Shown here: positions 1 to 8,570 of the stretch, piece by piece
Position numbering within the stretch: the first letter of the stretch is position 1
Layout of the letters: every line of letters starts with the position of its first letter
IMG/VR virus record: IMGVR_UViG_3300043427_002668
Source: a virus
Taxonomy: Duplodnaviria; Caudoviricetes
Strand: one strand, 5' to 3'
Length of the DNA stretch: 64,000 bases
Made by a program: the position numbers and the translations under genes
The notes under the pieces: generated by a model
The model's database searches: none
Told to the model about the DNA's origin: nothing
Seen by the model: only the letters and a program-made list of their open reading frames with translations

Positions 1-96
1 TATTACGAAGACCACAAAGATGCTGAAAATGTAGAGTATCTTGTGCTGACTGATGAAGCATACAACGAAATGTTCCCTTGTGAGGATGAAGAATGA
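1..96 (+). CDS. Hypothetical protein, 3' fragment (truncated by window start)
   Basis: Open frame YYEDHKDAENVEYLVLTDEAYNEMFPCEDEE* ending in TGA that overlaps the next ATG (ATGA). Confidence 0.6.
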   Translation, partial: YYEDHKDAENVEYLVLTDEAYNEMFPCEDEE

Positions 97-347
97 AACT
101 CTTTCAATACGATAAGAAAGTTTGGGATGAAGGTGAAACCTCACATACTTGGCAGTTTGGTATCATCAACAATCGTTCATTACTTTGGGTAAATGGTGAT
201 GTTTATGCAGAATATAGTAATGGTGGATTACACATCCTACTCTCATTTTTCACTTCTACTTCTTTATTTGGAGCAGATTTTCAAGTTGGTAAGGTTGGTT
301 TGAATTTTAACTTTTTTACTGAATACTGTGAGGGGTGGAAAGAATGA
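93..347 (+). CDS. Hypothetical protein
   Basis: 84-aa ORF, ATGA-coupled on both sides. Confidence 0.7.
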   Translation: MKLFQYDKKVWDEGETSHTWQFGIINNRSLLWVNGDVYAEYSNGGLHILLSFFTSTSLFGADFQVGKVGLNFNFFTEYCEGWKE

Positions 348-529
348 CTGAAAGAGCACAAAAAATCGTAGATGCTACGATGGAACTTACACTACGACCA
401 CAACAAGGAGACAGAGCAAGAGTGATTGCTGCTGCTATTCGTGAAGTCATCAACCAACTCCAACAAAGTCCTGGTGTGATTATGTGTGCTGATGTGTTAG
501 AATTGTGTGAGGAACTGGAGAAACTATGA
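344..529 (+). CDS. Hypothetical protein
   Basis: Start moved to ATG 344 (ATGA overlap with upstream stop); MTERAQKIVDA... Confidence 0.7.
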   Translation: MTERAQKIVDATMELTLRPQQGDRARVIAAAIREVINQLQQSPGVIMCADVLELCEELEKL

Positions 530-747
530 GAAACTTTGATGGAATTGATTGGGCAGTTTTGTCTGTATTCTTTATTATGATCGTTGCTGCTGGTGTTATT
601 ACTTATGATGCCCAACAACAACGGGCACTCTTTCAACAAACATACAATAAGAACTTGGAGTGTCGTCAAGCACTTAAAGGACAAACAGTAGGAAGAGTGA
701 ATGAGATTTGTGGTGCTGTTCCCGTGATTGGAGATTTTGTGAAATGA
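526..747 (+). CDS. Small membrane protein
   Basis: N-terminal hydrophobic helix WAVLSVFFIMIVAAGVITY; coupled overlaps. Confidence 0.7.
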   Translation: MRNFDGIDWAVLSVFFIMIVAAGVITYDAQQQRALFQQTYNKNLECRQALKGQTVGRVNEICGAVPVIGDFVK

Positions 748-944
748 CTGAACCAGGACTTATTATTCCTTTTATACTTGGTATTCCAACGATTGCTACT
801 GTGATATTCTTTCTTGGTTTCAATATTGGTGGATATAATGGTATGAGTGTAGGAAAAGATGTTGGTATTGTGTATTGTATGGAAAAACCAAAAGAATGTA
901 AGATACAGTATGATTACCTGAAACTTCAAGAGAACCAGAAATGA
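744..944 (+). CDS. Small membrane protein
   Basis: Start at ATG 744; TM segment LIIPFILGIPTIATVIFFLGF. Confidence 0.7.
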   Translation: MTEPGLIIPFILGIPTIATVIFFLGFNIGGYNGMSVGKDVGIVYCMEKPKECKIQYDYLKLQENQK

Positions 945-1213
945 AAGTTTATTCACTCTATTATAAAGAAACATTTGTAGCAGCATTTCCAGAAAGGAAA
1001 GATGCTATTGCTTATGGTAAGCAGTTTTATGAGGATGCTTGGGATTGTAATATTGTAGAAGAGTATTTGAGTAAATTTCAACCACTTTATAGTTCTCCTT
1101 ATACTCCTCTCACTCCTCCTAATACTATTCCTTGTGTTTCTCCCGTAATCTCAAAACCACCTGTGAAATATCCTGATACTTATCCTCATATCTATTGTGA
1201 TGGAACCAAATGA
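941..1213 (+). CDS. Hypothetical protein, Pro-rich C-terminus
   Basis: 90-aa ORF, ATGA-coupled. Confidence 0.65.
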   Translation: MKVYSLYYKETFVAAFPERKDAIAYGKQFYEDAWDCNIVEEYLSKFQPLYSSPYTPLTPPNTIPCVSPVISKPPVKYPDTYPHIYCDGTK

Positions 1214-1419
1214 CTGACATAAGAAAGCAACCATTCACAACTGATACACTCACTATTCGGCAACTCAAAGAAATCTTGAGTATTCTTCCTGATACTAATG
1301 AGTATGGTGAGGATTATGAGGTATGGACTGGGGATGGTGGTTCCTTCTCAAATGTGATAAAATCTGTTTGTGCCTTGAATAAAAGAGAAGATGGTTGTGA
1401 CATTATTTTGGAGATATGA
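1210..1419 (+). CDS. Hypothetical protein
   Basis: 69-aa ORF, ATGA-coupled. Confidence 0.65.
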   Translation: MTDIRKQPFTTDTLTIRQLKEILSILPDTNEYGEDYEVWTGDGGSFSNVIKSVCALNKREDGCDIILEI

Positions 1420-1422
1420 AAA

Positions 1423-1980
1423 ATGACTAAACCAATAGGATATAGGGGATATAAACTCAATCCAAACAAACTTAAAAAAGCACCTCAAGGTATTCTTCCT
1501 TATGTTGTTGGTGCCTTTTATTACACAGAAGATTTTGAATATTTTGATGTAATCAAACCTTATCTTGATATTCCAGAACCACCCAAGTCATTAGAAGAAA
1601 TCCAACAAGAACTGGATGAGAAGTTTGATGAACTTTTGGTAAAAACCAAGAGGAAGTTTGCTGTATCCAAAGAAAATGCCGAGTATCGTTACAATCAAAA
1701 GTTCAATAGAATTATTGATAACTTAGAGTATGCCCGTAAGAATGGATTTTTCCTACCCACACTTACAGTAGGAGCACTAGAAGGATCTTATCTTGTATCA
1801 AATGGTATTACTTCTTCATTTGTCTCACCCACCTATGTAATCAAACAAGGAAATAACCACGAAGGATATTATACATTTGGTGCTGGATTTGTGAGGTATT
1901 ATATGCCAACTAAACCGAATGCTATTACTCGTTGGTTTATGGATAAATGTCTTTCTTTTAGATGGGTGGGTGAGAAATGA
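1423..1980 (+). CDS. Hypothetical protein
   Basis: 185-aa ORF with upstream GGAG. Confidence 0.7.
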   Translation: MTKPIGYRGYKLNPNKLKKAPQGILPYVVGAFYYTEDFEYFDVIKPYLDIPEPPKSLEEIQQELDEKFDELLVKTKRKFAVSKENAEYRYNQKFNRIIDNLEYARKNGFFLPTLTVGALEGSYLVSNGITSSFVSPTYVIKQGNNHEGYYTFGAGFVRYYMPTKPNAITRWFMDKCLSFRWVGEK

Positions 1981-2138
1981 CACTTGAAGAAAAAGACATC
2001 TTAAGATTAGCAAGACAAACTGGAAAAACAAAATTCTATACCAAAGAGATTATGAAAAATATTGAAGAACTCCAAAAATACTTGGATGATAATAACATCA
2101 CCCTTGAAGATTATTTGGGGAATATTGAGACCACTTGA
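1977..2138 (+). CDS. Hypothetical protein (53 aa, not in ORF track)
   Basis: MTLEEKDILRLARQTGKTKFYTKE...; ATGA-coupled. Confidence 0.55.
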   Translation: MTLEEKDILRLARQTGKTKFYTKEIMKNIEELQKYLDDNNITLEDYLGNIETT

Positions 2139-2140
2139 AG

Positions 2141-2186
2141 AACTGGCACAGAAGGGCACCCAGAGAGCCCTGTGATGCCTTATAAT
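2141..2186 (+). promoter_or_regulatory. Early-type promoter: TATAAT -10 with an upstream GGGC-N9-GCCC inverted repeat
   Basis: TATAAT at 2181-2186 in an intergenic gap; GGGCACCCAGAGAGCCC at 2154-2170; no canonical -35. Confidence 0.55.
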
Positions 2187-2209
2187 ACTTTCATACACAC
2201 AGAAACCTG

Positions 2210-2401
2210 ATGACTGACTTCTCTCAAAAACGATTTGTTGATTTGGGACAAACTCTTTATACAGAGTGGTTGAAAACTTGTTCTAATATGCAAAGTGCTA
2301 CAGAACAAGAACGACGAGAAGTGTTCAAGTTTGGTGCTGAACTTGCATTTGAGGCAGCAGAAGAGTTTGCTAAAGTTTTCAATCATCAGGAGAACAACTG
2401 A
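2210..2401 (+). CDS. Hypothetical protein
   Basis: 63-aa ORF directly after the promoter. Confidence 0.7.
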   Translation: MTDFSQKRFVDLGQTLYTEWLKTCSNMQSATEQERREVFKFGAELAFEAAEEFAKVFNHQENN

Positions 2402-2402
2402 A

Positions 2403-2735
2403 ATGACTATCAAAGTAACTGAACTTCTCAAACTGCTCACCAAAGTAGAAAAACTTGGATTGAGTGTTAATGTTCGTGAAGACAAAGCTGGTGATTATGT
2501 AATCAAAATCTTTAATATGTTTGAGTTTGACAGCAAATTTGAACCTTATAAGGTAGTTATTACTCAAAAAGGTGAGAGTGATTGGAACAAGGGTAATTAT
2601 TGTTTTGATGCTATGATGGATGTTCTTGATGGAGAGTTGGAAGAACAAAAGCAAAAAGAAATCAAAGAACAAAAACGACAGGCACTAATTGCCAGTTTGA
2701 CTGATGAAGAAAAAGAACTTCTTAACCTGAAATGA
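2403..2735 (+). CDS. Hypothetical protein ending in ASLTDEEKELLNLK
   Basis: Start moved to ATG 2403 just after the upstream stop. Confidence 0.7.
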   Translation: MTIKVTELLKLLTKVEKLGLSVNVREDKAGDYVIKIFNMFEFDSKFEPYKVVITQKGESDWNKGNYCFDAMMDVLDGELEEQKQKEIKEQKRQALIASLTDEEKELLNLK

Positions 2736-3078
2736 CTAACAAACCTAAAAAAATTCAAGTCAAAGAAACTCAAAAGTATTATGGGGACTTTGATGGTCCT
2801 CTTGAGAGTATTATTGCTTCACTCCAAAAAGAGTTGGATGATGGGTGGGAGGGGATTGAAAGTGAATATGAATGGGATTATGGTGGTGAAAAATACACTG
2901 AATATTACATTTACAAGCATCGTGAAGAAACCGACAAAGAGTATGAGAAACGGATGAAGCAACTGGAGAAAGAAAAGGCAGTAAAGGCAAAGGCAAAGGA
3001 ACTAAAACTTGAAAAACTCAAGAAAGACCTTGCTTCCTTGACTGATGAAGAAAAAGAATTCCTTAACCTGAAATGACT
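2697..3078 (+). repeat. 41-bp direct repeat (2697-2737 and 3038-3078), 39/41 identical
   Basis: TTGACTGATGAAGAAAAAGAA(CTT/TTC)CTTAACCTGAAATGACT at the ends of two adjacent genes. Confidence 0.95.
2732..3076 (+). CDS. Hypothetical protein ending in ASLTDEEKEFLNLK
   Basis: 114-aa ORF, ATGA-coupled. Confidence 0.7.
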   Translation: MTNKPKKIQVKETQKYYGDFDGPLESIIASLQKELDDGWEGIESEYEWDYGGEKYTEYYIYKHREETDKEYEKRMKQLEKEKAVKAKAKELKLEKLKKDLASLTDEEKEFLNLK

Positions 3079-3402
3079 GCCTTCACTTACAAAGGATACG
3101 GACGCATCTACACCAATCCAGAGCACATTCAAGTTGTAGAGGATATTATCAAATTACTTGATGAGTTTGAGTGGGGTTATTATCCACAAGGACTTGTAGC
3201 ATCTTGGGATAGGTATCCAAATGTTGAGTATGTTGGTAAGTTTGAACTGAATGGAGAAAAGTTCAAAGAGTTTTGTAAAAAAGCAGACATTCCTGTTTTT
3301 ATCTTTGATGCTGGTATGAATGATTATCCTTCTGGATATTATCCCACAGAACCTTTGAGTAAAGAAGAAATCAAACAACTTTCTTATGGAGAACTGAAAT
3401 GA
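3073..3402 (+). CDS. Hypothetical protein
   Basis: 109-aa ORF, ATGA-coupled. Confidence 0.7.
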   Translation: MTAFTYKGYGRIYTNPEHIQVVEDIIKLLDEFEWGYYPQGLVASWDRYPNVEYVGKFELNGEKFKEFCKKADIPVFIFDAGMNDYPSGYYPTEPLSKEEIKQLSYGELK

Positions 3403-3746
3403 CCTGTAAGTATTTTGATTCTGGATGGTGTTACGCACCAGAAGATGTAGAACACAACTCAAAAAATGGTAGTTGTATTGAACCATTATCTTGTCCTTAT
3501 AGGAAATCACAAATGACTAACCAACAACCTCCCGATATTATTGAAATTGGTGGTGTAAAATACCAACGATTGTCAGAACCAAAACCACAGACACTTTACA
3601 ATAGATTGTATGATGAACTTGGTTATGATTTTGATACTTGTAATGATATTGTAGATTTGGTGGAGGACTGGTTGCCTAAAGAACACGATACGAATTCTGA
3701 TGGATGGAATAAGTGTGTTAGAATGCTACGGGATAAACTACGATGA
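3399..3746 (+). CDS. Hypothetical protein with Cys-rich N-terminal module; internal AAATGACT start at 3513
   Basis: C-x6-WC-x14-C-x5-C then MTNQQPP... Confidence 0.65.
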   Translation: MTCKYFDSGWCYAPEDVEHNSKNGSCIEPLSCPYRKSQMTNQQPPDIIEIGGVKYQRLSEPKPQTLYNRLYDELGYDFDTCNDIVDLVEDWLPKEHDTNSDGWNKCVRMLRDKLR

Positions 3747-3970
3747 GACATAATCCATCAGATTGGGACACATATTCTTCAAAACAAAGAAAAGAGTTTT
3801 ATCTCAAACCATTTAAAGAACAACGGGAGATTATAAATCAATCGTATCTTTCAGTTATTACTGATGAGAATGGAAATCTTGATACTTTAAAAATCCTTGA
3901 GATTATTATGGATTTGCAAGACCGAGTAGAAGACCTTGAAATAGAATGTGTGAAGAAGGACTATTTCTAA
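3743..3970 (+). CDS. Hypothetical protein
   Basis: 75-aa ORF, coupled. Confidence 0.65.
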   Translation: MRHNPSDWDTYSSKQRKEFYLKPFKEQREIINQSYLSVITDENGNLDTLKILEIIMDLQDRVEDLEIECVKKDYF

Positions 3971-4389
3971 TGACTGAAGAATACGGACACATTCCTGATG
4001 CCTTCTATCTTTCACAAGAAGAGATTGAAACACTACGCAAATCTAAAAAAGAACTGACCGAGTACGGTAGAAAGCAATTTCGTAAGATGATGAAGAACAA
4101 TAACTACATTCCTGATGATGATGTGATTGAAGAAATGATCGGTGAAAAACTCACAGATGAAAAGAAACGAGAACTAGCAGAGCAAAGAGAGAAACTTCAC
4201 GCAGGTTTCAAGAAAGATGAGAATGGAAACTGGTATCGTCCTACACTACAAGAACTTACAAGGAATGAGAGGATTGAACTTGCAGAGAAAGAGATTGCTT
4301 ATATTGTGATGGGAGGACAGGATGGAAGAGAGTATGCGAACTCTATTGCTTTTATTTTGCAAGTATTGGATAGTTTGAAAGATGAATGA
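3970..4389 (+). CDS. Hypothetical protein
   Basis: Start moved to ATG 3970 (TAATG overlap). Confidence 0.65.
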   Translation: MTEEYGHIPDAFYLSQEEIETLRKSKKELTEYGRKQFRKMMKNNNYIPDDDVIEEMIGEKLTDEKKRELAEQREKLHAGFKKDENGNWYRPTLQELTRNERIELAEKEIAYIVMGGQDGREYANSIAFILQVLDSLKDE

Positions 4390-4660
4390 AATAGACATAT
4401 CAAAAGTTCTTATAGAAGGTGATATTGCAACCATTATGGGTGTAGAATACAAAAGAATGGAGAACAAAATGAGTATAATGCCACGATTTATTAAAAACCC
4501 AGATGAGATTGTACTGGAAGATGTGAAGATGGTTCATTATGAGGTGATGGAACAGGGCCGTGCTGTATGGTTGGGTATCTATCTCAACAACGGCAAGATG
4601 TATCACCTGAATATTGGTGGTGATAATCTTTATGTGAACTATAGTGAAGAGACAGTATGA
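4382..4660 (+). CDS. Hypothetical protein
   Basis: 92-aa ORF. Confidence 0.6.
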   Translation: MNEIDISKVLIEGDIATIMGVEYKRMENKMSIMPRFIKNPDEIVLEDVKMVHYEVMEQGRAVWLGIYLNNGKMYHLNIGGDNLYVNYSEETV

Positions 4661-4682
4661 CGCCAAAAGAATACTGGGATGA

Positions 4683-4871
4683 ATGATTATGGAAATCACC
4701 GAAAAGGCAAAGATATACTATAATGTCTGGAAGTGTGCCTATCAACGAAGACATATGTATAAGGGCACACCACGCGAATATGGGGAACACGATACACTAT
4801 TGATGTGCCTGAAGATGAAAGGTGCTAAATGGTGGAGTTTTGATACTGAGAAACCGCATTATCTAATATGA
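4683..4871 (+). CDS. Hypothetical protein
   Basis: 62-aa ORF, coupled to next. Confidence 0.6.
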   Translation: MIMEITEKAKIYYNVWKCAYQRRHMYKGTPREYGEHDTLLMCLKMKGAKWWSFDTEKPHYLI

Positions 4872-5059
4872 AAGTAACCGAACACAACATTACAGATTGG
4901 AAACTGTCTGAAGAAGAAATCCAAAGTCTAATCCACCTCACAAAACTTGAAATCAAAAGGTGTGAAGGTGATAGTTTCACACAAACTTATTACGGCATTA
5001 TTCTAGGTAAACTTCTTATTTTACGAAATGATATTCAGCAGAGCCCTTCTAGGAACTGA
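4868..5059 (+). CDS. Hypothetical protein
   Basis: 63-aa ORF. Confidence 0.6.
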   Translation: MKVTEHNITDWKLSEEEIQSLIHLTKLEIKRCEGDSFTQTYYGIILGKLLILRNDIQQSPSRN

Positions 5060-5423
5060 TAAGAATAAAACCAAACTCTCCTGGTTTGAGTATATCTTGC
5101 ATTCTTGTATTATTCAAGGATGGTATAACTGTTGGTATGCTTTTAAGAACTGGGGAGACTTGCTGGGAGATAACTATCAAGAATATGCTCTTCTTATAAG
5201 TGATGACCCATTGGAGCAGTGTGCTCTTTATTTTTGGGATAGTCTAGAGGACGACATTTACCCAAAAGAGTTTCTTGAGAGTCTGATGCAGATGGCGGAT
5301 GATGTAGAAACTGGTAAGGTAGAAACAGTCCCATTTACCAAAGAAATGTTTGATAAACTTGATGACCTTGTGGGGGATATGATTGATTATGTAAATCTTG
5401 ATGGGGAGTTAGATGATGAATGA
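5028..5423 (+). CDS. Hypothetical protein, acidic C-terminus
   Basis: 131-aa ORF. Confidence 0.65.
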   Translation: MIFSRALLGTDKNKTKLSWFEYILHSCIIQGWYNCWYAFKNWGDLLGDNYQEYALLISDDPLEQCALYFWDSLEDDIYPKEFLESLMQMADDVETGKVETVPFTKEMFDKLDDLVGDMIDYVNLDGELDDE

Positions 5424-5586
5424 AGCGCATTATGGGTATGTAATCAATACATACTGGGACCATCTTAATATGCTCTCAAAAATGAAAGATAAGAACCCTC
5501 AACGATTTGAAGCATTTGAGTATTCGCAGACGCATATCTATGATATGATAGATAGACTACAACATCAGCAAAATCTCCAAGACTAA
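5413..5586 (+). CDS. Hypothetical protein (57 aa, not in ORF track)
   Basis: MMNEAHYGYVINTYWDHLNMLSKM...; stop overlaps the next ATG. Confidence 0.55.
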   Translation: MMNEAHYGYVINTYWDHLNMLSKMKDKNPQRFEAFEYSQTHIYDMIDRLQHQQNLQD

Positions 5587-6059
5587 TGAGTGAAGTTCAG
5601 TTTAAGAAGCACAGAGTATTCCGTGAAACGGATGCAGTTGTATTCTATGATATTTCAGTAGAACATTCAAACGCACAGGATTTAGTGGTACATACTGGTC
5701 CTGCTATCAGTCCTCCTGATGATATTGTAGGAGCAAAACAGTTTTATATTCATTATCATCAGGTAGATCACAATCGTGTTCTGTCTGGTATTCGCACATT
5801 TGAACTCATCAATCCAGAGTGGCGTTATCCTTATCATATCGTTCATCTTAACCGTTCTTCTGGTGCTCTTGTTATTCCTAAAATGACCTATCATCGTTCA
5901 TACTCTGGTGAGGAAGGTTCTATTGTGATTAACCAGGCAATCCGTGATGATGATTTTGATCCTAACACAGAGTTTATTCCAGTATCAGCAGCCCAGAATA
6001 GTGACCTTTATCGCATCCTAGCACACGAAAAACCAGTCATTCATACTCTTGGAGAATAA
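5586..6059 (+). CDS. Cupin-fold (RmlC-like) protein
   Basis: His-rich cupin motifs FYIHYHQVDHNRVLSG and LVIPKMTYHRS. Confidence 0.6.
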   Translation: MSEVQFKKHRVFRETDAVVFYDISVEHSNAQDLVVHTGPAISPPDDIVGAKQFYIHYHQVDHNRVLSGIRTFELINPEWRYPYHIVHLNRSSGALVIPKMTYHRSYSGEEGSIVINQAIRDDDFDPNTEFIPVSAAQNSDLYRILAHEKPVIHTLGE

Positions 6060-6061
6060 AG

Positions 6062-6457
6062 ATGGGGATGTTTGATTATTTCCGTTCTTCTTATGATTTG
6101 GGAGAACACTTCACAAATGTAGTGATGCAAACAAAAGATATTGAAGATGGTATTGGTGGAACACTAACCACTTATTGGTTGGACCCCAAAGGTGTATTGT
6201 GGTGTCCTGATTATACTGGTACAAATACCTTTGAGATTATCCCCGAAGACGATCCACGATATGATGCTGATAGGAAGTTTCTAAACTTTGAGTGGATACC
6301 AACAGGACAACGAGGAAAGTATCAGGTTCATTCTATAACCAAATATGTGGAAGTTTATCCTGAAGGTTGGAAAGGAAAGTGGGAAGATTGGCCCCGATTA
6401 AAACTACATTTTAAGAAAGGTGTTCTTCAAGATTATGAGGATGTGACTGGACGATGA
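6062..6457 (+). CDS. Conserved phage hypothetical protein
   Basis: MGMFDY...QTKDI N-terminus; GGAG RBS. Confidence 0.7.
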   Translation: MGMFDYFRSSYDLGEHFTNVVMQTKDIEDGIGGTLTTYWLDPKGVLWCPDYTGTNTFEIIPEDDPRYDADRKFLNFEWIPTGQRGKYQVHSITKYVEVYPEGWKGKWEDWPRLKLHFKKGVLQDYEDVTGR

Positions 6458-6915
6458 AAGAGTTTGATTACTCACTTGATTACAAAACTTTAGATTTCAC
6501 GGATTTTAGTACAAGAAAACTATATAGAATAGGCAGGGGGGAGCAGGGAGTTCTTCTTGTAAGACCGTACACCGAAGATATCTGTAAGTATTGGAGGTTC
6601 AAGGATGAGACTACTGCTCGGAAGTCTGCTGTTAAGATATACGAAATGTTCCTGGATTATTCACGGAAGAGTGACTTCATTGGTATGGACTTGGCGCGAA
6701 AATTCCTTGAGATGGGATTTACTCGCGCCAGAAGATATGCAAATCACAGTAGTGGGAAAAAATACTCTAAGGATGGTAAAGTATTACCCCAGGACAAAGA
6801 TGCACTTGTATGCGAAAAAGCAAGAGCAGCAACAATCTTCAAAGAATACAGAGATTTAGCAGCAAAAGACCCAAAGTATGTTATGATGCGTAAGTCGTGG
6901 AGAGCACAAGAATGA
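6454..6915 (+). CDS. DUF4385-like protein
   Basis: YRIGRGEQGVLLVRPY...WRFKD and MDLARKFLEMGFTRARRYANH motifs. Confidence 0.75.
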   Translation: MKEFDYSLDYKTLDFTDFSTRKLYRIGRGEQGVLLVRPYTEDICKYWRFKDETTARKSAVKIYEMFLDYSRKSDFIGMDLARKFLEMGFTRARRYANHSSGKKYSKDGKVLPQDKDALVCEKARAATIFKEYRDLAAKDPKYVMMRKSWRAQE

Positions 6916-7232
6916 TTGATACCTCTTTGTTTCCTTATGAAAAGTTTCCTGTGCGATTGCAGTTTGGTGAAAAGAAAGAGATTTCAGTTTGCTGGTTTGA
7001 GTGTGACGAGCACTTGCAAAAATACCTGAATCGGTATAAACTGGATAAGAGAACTATTAAGATTGATTATCGTGATGGAGAACCCACTAAGCCTAGTAAA
7101 GCAAACAAGAACAGTGTGGAACAAGGAACTAGAAAGGCCAGTAGTAGAAGTACAGGTGGAAGTAAACGGAGCACCAAAAAGTTGGATACCCCTGGAACTT
7201 CTAGAAGCACTCGCAAACCTAAATCAAAATGA
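6912..7232 (+). CDS. Hypothetical protein with basic C-terminal tail
   Basis: Start at ATG 6912 (ATGA overlap); stop coupled to ATG 7229. Confidence 0.65.
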   Translation: MIDTSLFPYEKFPVRLQFGEKKEISVCWFECDEHLQKYLNRYKLDKRTIKIDYRDGEPTKPSKANKNSVEQGTRKASSRSTGGSKRSTKKLDTPGTSRSTRKPKSK

Positions 7233-7272
7233 ACGAAGCAACGAAACTGTTGTTAGCACTACAGCAGATTGA
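7075..7272 (+). CDS. Possible overprinted gene in an alternative frame
   Basis: MENPLSLVKQTRTVWNKELERPVVEVQVEVNGAPKSWIPLELL...; globular-like composition. Confidence 0.4.
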   Translation: MENPLSLVKQTRTVWNKELERPVVEVQVEVNGAPKSWIPLELLEALANLNQNERSNETVVSTTAD

Positions 7273-7390
7273 TAATCTTACAAAACTCTTGGAAGGTAAC
7301 GAGTATCAAACATTTTTATATTCACATCTAAACTCATTAAACATAGAACTTAAGAGGCAACTAAGTCATTATGGAAAAACAATTGATTGA
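7229..7390 (+). CDS. Hypothetical protein (53 aa, not in ORF track)
   Basis: MNEATKLLLALQQIDNLTKLLEGNEYQ... Confidence 0.55.
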   Translation: MNEATKLLLALQQIDNLTKLLEGNEYQTFLYSHLNSLNIELKRQLSHYGKTID

Positions 7391-7586
7391 TGATGCTTTT
7401 TACGTTGAGGAAAAAGGTTGGGGAACTTGGCAATCTCATCATCCCGATGGAAAAGGTATTATCACGTCTCTCACAGAAGAAGAATGTGTGAGAGCAACAC
7501 GTTGGTATTTGAAAGCAAAACAAGAAGGTGAGTTTGACAAATCGCCAGAAAAAACATATGATAGCATCGTTGGAGGAAAACTATGA
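7371..7586 (+). CDS. Hypothetical protein
   Basis: 71-aa ORF. Confidence 0.65.
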   Translation: MEKQLIDDAFYVEEKGWGTWQSHHPDGKGIITSLTEEECVRATRWYLKAKQEGEFDKSPEKTYDSIVGGKL

Positions 7587-7738
7587 CATTACGCACTTTT
7601 GTTGATAAGAATGGTAATACTTGGGAGTGGAATGAAACTCCTGAGGTTCTAGAAGTTATTAAGAACTTTCATGCAGGAAACTATCAGGGTCCATTGTATT
7701 CTCCGCATCCTGATCTAAAACAAACAAAAGATGAGTGA
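7583..7738 (+). CDS. Hypothetical protein (51 aa)
   Basis: MTLRTFVDKNGNTWEW...; GGAGG RBS, ATGA-coupled. Confidence 0.55.
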   Translation: MTLRTFVDKNGNTWEWNETPEVLEVIKNFHAGNYQGPLYSPHPDLKQTKDE

Positions 7739-7868
7739 TACTGACCCAACAAGTCCCTGGTATGAGTTTCTATCTTATTGTAGATGTTGTGAGAGTTTAG
7801 GTGTTCCTATTCGGGTTCAATCGTTTATGAGATACCAACGATATTTGAGAGAGATAGGTTTAGTATGA
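7731..7868 (+). CDS. Hypothetical protein (45 aa)
   Basis: MSDTDPTSPWYEFLSYCRCCESLG... Confidence 0.55.
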   Translation: MSDTDPTSPWYEFLSYCRCCESLGVPIRVQSFMRYQRYLREIGLV

Positions 7869-8092
7869 AAAACTTTATTCGTTGGTTCTTTGGACCATCC
7901 AAGAAACCAATCGTAGAAGAGATTGATCTTTATGCAAAGATTTCTGAATTGGAACAGCGTATTATAAAACTTGAAGAAGAAAATGTAGAAACTACAAACT
8001 GCCTTTATGAGTTAGGAAACTCTGTTAATGCAGTAGATGCACGAATTGATATTGTTCTAAATACTCCAAAACATTACGAAAACTTTAACTGA
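7865..8092 (+). CDS. Hypothetical coiled-coil protein
   Basis: 75-aa ORF, ATGA-coupled. Confidence 0.65.
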   Translation: MKNFIRWFFGPSKKPIVEEIDLYAKISELEQRIIKLEEENVETTNCLYELGNSVNAVDARIDIVLNTPKHYENFN

Positions 8093-8097
8093 CGATT

Positions 8098-8388
8098 ATG
8101 GCTTATTCTATTACTCTCCGTTCTGCTGATGGTACTGAAAATGTTATTCAGTGCGAAGAAGACCAATATATTCTTGAAGCAGCACAAGATGCTGGTGTAG
8201 ATCTACCTTATTCGTGCCGTGCTGGTGCTTGTAGTTCTTGTGCTGGTAAAGTTGTTGAGGGTGAGGTTGATAACTCAGAGCAAACTTTCCTTGATGACGA
8301 CCAAATGGACCAAGGATTTAGTCTGCTGTGTGTAGCATATCCAATGTCTGATTGTGTTATCCTCACAGAGCAAGAGGAGAATCTCTGA
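8098..8388 (+). CDS. petF: Plant-type [2Fe-2S] ferredoxin (auxiliary metabolic gene)
   Basis: [14 protein letters not shown] (C-x4-C-x2-C) plus distal LLCVAYP cysteine; 96 aa, acidic. Confidence 0.97.
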   Translation: MAYSITLRSADGTENVIQCEEDQYILEAAQDAGVDLPYSCRAGACSSCAGKVVEGEVDNSEQTFLDDDQMDQGFSLLCVAYPMSDCVILTEQEENL

Positions 8389-8570
8389 TGTATGAAGATT
8401 TGAATAACTTTGAAAAAGCACTATCACATTTTGGTACTAGAGTAGATATTATCTGTTCTTTAGAACTTGGAGGAAAGATTGATGCTGAGACAGCTTATCA
8501 GAACATTAAAGACGAACTTAAAGACCTCAAAAAAGCACGAAAACGACAGAGAAAAGACGAGGAGGTGTGA
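8388..8570 (+). CDS. Conserved cyanophage hypothetical protein
   Basis: Start at ATG 8388; [20 protein letters not shown]... Confidence 0.65.
   Translation: MYEDLNNFEKALSHFGTRVDIICSLELGGKIDAETAYQNIKDELKDLKKARKRQRKDEEV

Noticed and set aside
4657-4686. 9-codon ORF MTPKEYWDE coupled between two genes
   Set aside because: Too short to support; it may be a gene remnant or a translational bridge.
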